Source: an uncultured Clostridia bacterium (GTDB lineage: Bacteria > Bacillota > Clostridia > Oscillospirales > CAG-272). From it: a stretch of DNA of 64,000 bases. Positions 58,766 to 64,000 of the stretch are shown piece after piece. The stretch lies in NCBI GenBank assembly GCA_944381115.1, contig CALWJV010000002.1, positions 26,800-90,799 of the forward strand, read 5' to 3'. Every line of letters starts with the position of its first letter. The first letter of the stretch is position 1. The notes below the pieces were generated by a model. The model was not told the DNA's origin, did no database searches, and saw nothing but the letters and a program-made list of their open reading frames with translations. Position numbers and translations under genes: made by a program.

Positions 58766-61420
58766 ATGAAAAAAACATATGCAGTAATATCTCACACTCA
58801 TTGGGACAGAGAATGGTACCAGCCATTTGAACTCTTTCGTTTTCGTTTGGTCGATATGATGGATAATTTATTGAAAATCATGAAAGATTCTCCTACATAC
58901 TTTTTTCATCTGGATGCTCAAACTATAGTTCTTGAAGATTACCTCGAAATAAGACCGGAAAAAAGAAAACTTTTGGAAAAATACATAAAGGAAGGACGGC
59001 TTTTGGTCGGTCCTTGGTATGTACAAAATGACTTTTTCCTCACAAGCGGTGAAGCAACTATCCGCAATCTGATTATAGGTCAGAAAATTGCTGATGAGTT
59101 CGGAAAATGTACGAGAATCGCTTACATGGCGGATCAATTCGGTCTTACATCTCAACTTCCTCAAATTTTTCGTCAGATCGGGATCGATTGTTGTGCTTTC
59201 GGACGCGGAGCAAATGCGCCGGATACTCCTGCACAGTTTAACTGGAAAGGCGCTGACGGGTCTGTCGTACTCTGCGAATTTATGAAATGGTGGTATAACA
59301 ACCTTCAAAGAGTCCCGGATGATACGGAACAGGCAACTAAACTCATCAAAACAAAAGCGGAAATCATGTCTGCTTATATGAAAACAAGTAACTACCTTTT
59401 AATGAACGGTGTAGATCATCTTGAGGCCCAGGAGAACCTTTTACCGATATTAGACAAAGTAAGAGAAAATCTTCCGGGCGATATTACACTCATTCAAGAT
59501 ACGATGCCCGAGTTTTTTGAAAGAACTAAAAAAGAGCTACGTGAAAAAAATATTCTTCTTACCCAACTTAACGGCGAACTCAGAATGGGCGGAGAAAATA
59601 CTGTTCTTACCGGAACTCTATCATCACGCATTTATTTAAAAATTGCAAACGTTAAAGCACAGGTCGCTCTTGAAAAAAGAGTCGAACCGTTATACACTAT
59701 CCTTTCTTCGCTCGGAATAACTGAGTATCCATTCGGCTACCTTAATTACATCTGGAAACTCCTTATTAAAAATCACCCGCATGACTCAATCTGCGGATGT
59801 TCTGTAGATTCAGTACACCGCCACATGATGGATAGGTACGAAAGAATTCAGGAAAATACTGACGAACTTATACGTAGAGGCATGCAAGCCATTTCTGACC
59901 ATGTTGACCGTAAAAACCTGACTGAAAAAGATTACATTCTTACCGTTTTAAATACCGTTTCATTTAAAGGAAAAACTGTTATAGATGCCGAAATCATGCT
60001 TTCTAACGACGATAAAATCTCCTGCTTTAAAATTTTAGATCCAAAAGGCAGGGAAATTCCGTTTACTGTTTACGCCATTTCACACAAAGGCCACTCTACA
60101 ATAAGCCCGGTAAATCTGCCGGGGGATCTTTCCGTAACACGCTACAATATTCGCTTTATACTCCCGATTGATTCAATTGGATTTAATACACTTACTGTGC
60201 GCCCCTGTCAGGGATTGCTAAAAATCGATATTAATGAAAATGCAAAGGCTGATTTACTCGAAAACAGATTTGTCCGCTGCAAAATTAATACAAACGGTAC
60301 CATCACTGTTACAAATAAGATAACAGGAAAAATTTATGACAACCTTTTGATTATGGAAGATTGTGAGGAGATTGGTGACGAATATGTACATAGAGAGTCA
60401 GAAAATTCGAAAAAATTTACTTCCGATTTTGTTACCAGCAATATTTCTGTAATTGAAGACAATAAATTTATGCAGCGCCGTAATGTAACATACGAAATGA
60501 CGGTCGACCGTAACGATGAAAAACGGATACCGTTTGATATTACTATCTCACTTTCCTCTGTTTCCTCCGTTATTGATATAGACCTCAGTTTTATGAATAC
60601 AGCAAAAAATCACAGGATAAGAGTTCTTTTCCCGACTGAGATTAGTTCTGACGAAATTTGTGCAGCATCACCATTTGACTTGATTAAACGCAGCATTTAC
60701 CGTAATGATAATGATAAACGATGCCCTAACTCAGGGTTCTTTGCAGTTTCCGACGGCAAAAACGGTTTTGCCGTACTTAATGAAGGCCTTTACGAGTATG
60801 AACATCTGAACGATCCCCATAACACTCTTGCTCTTACACTTCTCAGAGCAAACGAAAGCATTGCGTGGTATAAAGATCAAAAAAACATTGCAAAGGAATG
60901 GCACAGCCCGCAGGCTCAGTGTTTCGGCGAAAACAAAGCACATTTCGGCATATGTTTATTTGAGGGAAATGTCGAAAGCGCAAACGTTTCATCTATTACA
61001 GAATTATTCCTCGCCGCTCCTATCACACATTGTGCACCTACAGATATGCGTAAGATGCTCAGCGGTCGTCCCTTTGTTCAATCCGCTGACATTGGCGGAT
61101 GCGTTTTCTTCCGTAAACCTGAAAACGCCGACAAAAAATTTTCCAGACACCTTAATTTTGTACAAATTAACAATAGTGAAAATAATATAATGATATCCGC
61201 ATGTAAAAAATCTGAAAACGGAAAAGGAAATGTAATCAGACTTTTTAATCCAACCGAAAATTCCGCAGATTTTATACTTGTTCTTAATAAAAAGATAAAG
61301 TCCGCTTCCGTTATTTCTCCGGATGAACGTACGGTCATTAGAGAAAATATTCCGACAGACGGAAATAAAATCCCTATTTCCCTAAATGCAAAAAAAATAA
61401 TTACTCTTTTTATAAAATAA
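58766..61420 (+). CDS. glycoside hydrolase family 38 alpha-mannosidase (cytoplasmic, MngB-like)
   Basis: 884 aa with the N-terminus 'VISHTHWDREWYQPFE' and 'HPHDSICGCS'. No signal peptide. Confidence 0.9.
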   Translation: MKKTYAVISHTHWDREWYQPFELFRFRLVDMMDNLLKIMKDSPTYFFHLDAQTIVLEDYLEIRPEKRKLLEKYIKEGRLLVGPWYVQNDFFLTSGEATIRNLIIGQKIADEFGKCTRIAYMADQFGLTSQLPQIFRQIGIDCCAFGRGANAPDTPAQFNWKGADGSVVLCEFMKWWYNNLQRVPDDTEQATKLIKTKAEIMSAYMKTSNYLLMNGVDHLEAQENLLPILDKVRENLPGDITLIQDTMPEFFERTKKELREKNILLTQLNGELRMGGENTVLTGTLSSRIYLKIANVKAQVALEKRVEPLYTILSSLGITEYPFGYLNYIWKLLIKNHPHDSICGCSVDSVHRHMMDRYERIQENTDELIRRGMQAISDHVDRKNLTEKDYILTVLNTVSFKGKTVIDAEIMLSNDDKISCFKILDPKGREIPFTVYAISHKGHSTISPVNLPGDLSVTRYNIRFILPIDSIGFNTLTVRPCQGLLKIDINENAKADLLENRFVRCKINTNGTITVTNKITGKIYDNLLIMEDCEEIGDEYVHRESENSKKFTSDFVTSNISVIEDNKFMQRRNVTYEMTVDRNDEKRIPFDITISLSSVSSVIDIDLSFMNTAKNHRIRVLFPTEISSDEICAASPFDLIKRSIYRNDNDKRCPNSGFFAVSDGKNGFAVLNEGLYEYEHLNDPHNTLALTLLRANESIAWYKDQKNIAKEWHSPQAQCFGENKAHFGICLFEGNVESANVSSITELFLAAPITHCAPTDMRKMLSGRPFVQSADIGGCVFFRKPENADKKFSRHLNFVQINNSENNIMISACKKSENGKGNVIRLFNPTENSADFILVLNKKIKSASVISPDERTVIRENIPTDGNKIPISLNAKKIITLFIK

Positions 61421-61513
61421 TCTTTTTATAAAAATTATCTTTTTTTCAGATGATTTTATTGCTGTTTGCTTATAAATAAAACTTTAAAACGAATTTCTTT
61501 TTGTCGAATTATA

Positions 61514-61542
61514 TTGATTTTTATAAAGATGCATGTTATAAT
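61514..61542 (+). promoter_or_regulatory. sigma-A-type promoter of the PFK gene
   Basis: TTGATT, 17 nt, TATAAT, with a TGn extended -10 (aTGTTATAAT). Confidence 0.55.
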
Positions 61543-61578
61543 CATTATGTCAGTTAATTTATTTGGAGAAAATACACT

Positions 61579-62814
61579 ATGAAGAAAACATACGGTCAAA
61601 ATGCCATTGTTGGTCAATCCGGCGGTCCTACCGCGGCAATCAACGCCTCTCTTGCAGGTGTTATCTCGGCATGGCTTGAAAGAAAAAACAGTATTCTTTA
61701 CGGAATGGCAAATGGTATTACCGGAATTATTAATGAAAAACTTTATAATCTTAATAAAATTTTTTTGGGTAAAAACGACGACCTGAACTGTCTTAAATTT
61801 ACACCCGCAGCCGCTCTCGGATCCTGCCGTATAAAACTTAAAGACTTTAACAAAGATCCTGTACTTTATGAAAACATTTTTTCTGTCTTTGAAAAATACA
61901 GCATCGGTTATTTCTTTTATATTGGCGGTAACGATTCAATGGATACCGTTGCAAAACTTTCACATTATGCAGATATAAATAACATTGATATTAAATTTGT
62001 GGGAATCCCGAAAACAGTTGACAACGATCTTTGCTGTACTGACAGCACTCCAGGATTCGGGTCTGCTGCAAAGTACATCGCAGCCGTTTGCGCTGAAATC
62101 AGAAGAGATACTGCTGTTTATACTCAAAAATCCGTTACCGTAATTGAAATAATGGGACGAGATGCCGGCTGGCTTACTGCCTCATCTGTTCTTGCCAATA
62201 CAGATTTTTCCGAAGGACCCGATCTAATTTATCTTCCGGAAGTACCTTTTTCATTTGATAAATGCTTTTCCGATATCGAAAATGCATGGAAAAAACACAA
62301 CGATGTTTTAATTGCAATTTCTGAAGGAATAAAATATTCGGACGGAAGTTATGTCAGTGCTGACTCAACCAAAACAGATAATTTCGGTCATGCCATGCTT
62401 TGCGGAGCGGCAAATTCATTTAAAGAACCTATTAAAGAACGGTTCGGGTGCAAATTCCGCGCAATAGAGATAAACACCGTCCAGCGCTCAGCAGGTCACC
62501 TTCTTTCCTTGACTGATATAAACACATCTTTTAATATCGGCTCTTTCGGAGTCAGTGAAGCGTTAAGCGGAAAAACCGCTATCATGGTTGCTATAACAAG
62601 AATTTCTGACGATCCATATACTATTAAGTTTGAGTCATTTGATATAAATTCAATTGCAAATAACGTAAAGTGCGTACCTAAAGAATTCATTTCCCAAGAC
62701 GAAAATTACATAACGGATGCCGGAATTAAATATCTTCGTCCGCTTATTATGGGTCAATGTGATCCGATTTATTTGGACGGAATTCCGATGCACTTCATTT
62801 TACCCAAAATATAA
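61579..62814 (+). CDS. pfp: phosphofructokinase, probably pyrophosphate-dependent (PfkA family, ~410-aa type)
   Basis: 'GQSGGPTAAINAS'; 'IGGNDSMDT' has Asp at the E. coli Gly104-equivalent; 'GIPKTVDNDL' has Lys at the Gly124-equivalent. Both residues are regarded as PPi-PFK signatures. Confidence 0.75.
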   Translation: MKKTYGQNAIVGQSGGPTAAINASLAGVISAWLERKNSILYGMANGITGIINEKLYNLNKIFLGKNDDLNCLKFTPAAALGSCRIKLKDFNKDPVLYENIFSVFEKYSIGYFFYIGGNDSMDTVAKLSHYADINNIDIKFVGIPKTVDNDLCCTDSTPGFGSAAKYIAAVCAEIRRDTAVYTQKSVTVIEIMGRDAGWLTASSVLANTDFSEGPDLIYLPEVPFSFDKCFSDIENAWKKHNDVLIAISEGIKYSDGSYVSADSTKTDNFGHAMLCGAANSFKEPIKERFGCKFRAIEINTVQRSAGHLLSLTDINTSFNIGSFGVSEALSGKTAIMVAITRISDDPYTIKFESFDINSIANNVKCVPKEFISQDENYITDAGIKYLRPLIMGQCDPIYLDGIPMHFILPKI

Positions 62815-62819
62815 ATTAT

Positions 62820-62860
62820 ACCCGCATGCTGTTATTATTAAATACTGCTTGCGGGTTTTT
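62820..62860 (+). terminator. terminator after the PFK gene
   Basis: acccgca..tgcgggt stem with a long loop, followed by TTTT. Confidence 0.5.
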
Positions 62861-62870
62861 ATTTTTAAGC

Positions 62871-62901
62871 AAAAATGAGACTGCATTGCAGTCTCATTTT
62901 T
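62871..62901. terminator. bidirectional terminator (palindromic hairpin)
   Basis: aaaaATGAGACTGCAtTGCAGTCTCATtttt: an 11-bp perfect stem with A-run and T-run flanks. Confidence 0.65.
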
Positions 62902-62915
62902 GTTATTTTATTATA

Positions 62916-64000
62916 TTATATCTCCGGTATATTAATTTCTATTTCCTTACCGATTCTTGAAGAATCTGCAATTCCGGAAAGTATTGCCTGATTATAAATT
63001 ATCTGAGATGTCGGTACCGGTACAGGTCCTATACCCTTACACGCATCAAGGAATGAACGTATCTTCTTATCAAAAAGTGTTGATGATTTATCTTCAGGTA
63101 TAATCGGTATTTCAGTACATACCTGACTTCCCGCAACCTCGTGATATATCTTCATCGGTCCGCCAACTGTTCCGTTCCAGCAGTCAGTACTCGGTATTCT
63201 GAGTCCTCCCTTTGTACCAAGAATAATTGTATCACCGGGAGTATCCATATTCATTGCCCAGGATATTCTGAAGTCCAGAATTATATCGCCTTCAAGTCTT
63301 ACAAATGCCGCTGCAAAGTCATCAACTCCGAACAGAGATGCATATTCTGCTCCTTTTCCCTTCGGATATCCAACATAGTTCTTATCTTTTCCGAAGAAAT
63401 CACTCTTATATCCGGTTACGGTAAGTGGCTTCGGATATCCAATTGCATTAAGTACCATATCGAGAGAATAGCATCCGATATCAGCAAGAGCACCCAGTCC
63501 TGCTGTCTTATCTTCAATAAATGTTGTTCCGAAAGGAGTCGGTATTCCTCTTCTTCTTCCTCCGCCTGTTTGAATATAGTAAATCCTTCCAAGTTCGCCG
63601 CTCTCTACAATCTCCTTGATTTTCTTCATATTAGCATCAAGTCTCGGCTGGAAGCCTATGGAAATTACCTTTCCTGATTCCTTCTCTGCTCTCATGATGG
63701 CAACAGCCTCATCTATTGTTACACACATTGGCTTTTCAAGAAGAACATGTATACCTGCCTTAAGTGAATCTATTGCGCAGTTCGCATGCTGACGATTATA
63801 TGTACAAATAGAAACTGCATCAAGCTTTAGGCTTTTGTCTTCAAGCATCTCTTTGTGAGAAGCGTAATTTGTCTTTACACCTTCAACTCCAAATTTCTTA
63901 AAGAAAGCCTCTGCTTTTCCCGGAATAAGATCGGCTCCTGCAACGATTTCAACGTCAGGCTGTTTTTTGTAAGAAATTATATGTTGTTCTGCAATCCATC
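62916..64000 (-). CDS. Gfo/Idh/MocA family oxidoreductase (N-terminus beyond the window end)
   Basis: The frame stays open upstream of the track ATG (63848) to base 64000, reading '..WIAEQHIISYKKQPDVEIVAGADLIPGKAEAFFKKFG..', the end of a Rossmann domain. 'VLLEKPM' is the family motif. Confidence 0.85.
   Translation of the reverse strand, partial: WIAEQHIISYKKQPDVEIVAGADLIPGKAEAFFKKFGVEGVKTNYASHKEMLEDKSLKLDAVSICTYNRQHANCAIDSLKAGIHVLLEKPMCVTIDEAVAIMRAEKESGKVISIGFQPRLDANMKKIKEIVESGELGRIYYIQTGGGRRRGIPTPFGTTFIEDKTAGLGALADIGCYSLDMVLNAIGYPKPLTVTGYKSDFFGKDKNYVGYPKGKGAEYASLFGVDDFAAAFVRLEGDIILDFRISWAMNMDTPGDTIILGTKGGLRIPSTDCWNGTVGGPMKIYHEVAGSQVCTEIPIIPEDKSSTLFDKKIRSFLDACKGIGPVPVPTSQIIYNQAILSGIADSSRIGKEIEINIPEI

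Noticed and set aside
58766-61593. The GH38 and PFK proteins both begin MKKTY.
   Set aside because: The underlying DNA differs (atgaaaaaaacatatgca versus atgaagaaaacatacggt), and the similarity ends after 5 residues. It is a coincidence.

Overview
This 64-kb window looks like a chromosomal segment of a low-GC, spore-forming Clostridia-type Firmicute. That placement is my inference from gene content: yabP/yabQ, a SpoIIIAH-like gene, NfnAB, fhs, a PPi-type PFK and a type-A RNase P RNA. The content is almost entirely housekeeping. It includes dxs and a 9-gene purine operon on the minus strand (purE-purC-purF-purM-purN-IMP cyclohydrolase-AICAR formyltransferase-purD-purL). It also holds nfnAB, a nucleoside-salvage operon (deoC-deoD-deoB-cdd-pdp plus a 2-hydroxyacid dehydrogenase), ligA, obg, hup-yabO-yabP-yabQ, fhs, argG-argJ and manA. 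A GH38 mannosidase / PPi-PFK / Gfo-Idh-MocA sugar cluster closes the window. RNA genes are tRNA-Val(GAC), tRNA-Glu(CUC) and RNase P RNA. Many intergenic regions carry near-consensus sigma-A promoters (TTGACA-17 nt-TATAAT) and clear hairpin/T-run terminators. I found no CRISPR array, transposase, integrase, prophage or recognisable defence system. I cannot honestly point to a clearly novel system. The features most worth a second look are listed here. (1) The only PurF in the operon lacks the catalytic N-terminal Cys. (2) PurH is split into an AICARFT-only gene and an archaeal-type IMP cyclohydrolase gene. (3) A co-directional envelope-flavoured run reads MurD-like ligase with a low-complexity insertion, WYL regulator, SPFH (YdjI-like) protein with three zinc ribbons, and a leaderless amidase. 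(4) A zinc-ribbon/TPM membrane pair is packed directly onto nfnAB. (5) A few small accessory genes of unknown function are present. All functional calls come from reading the translated ORFs by eye. No database search was run.
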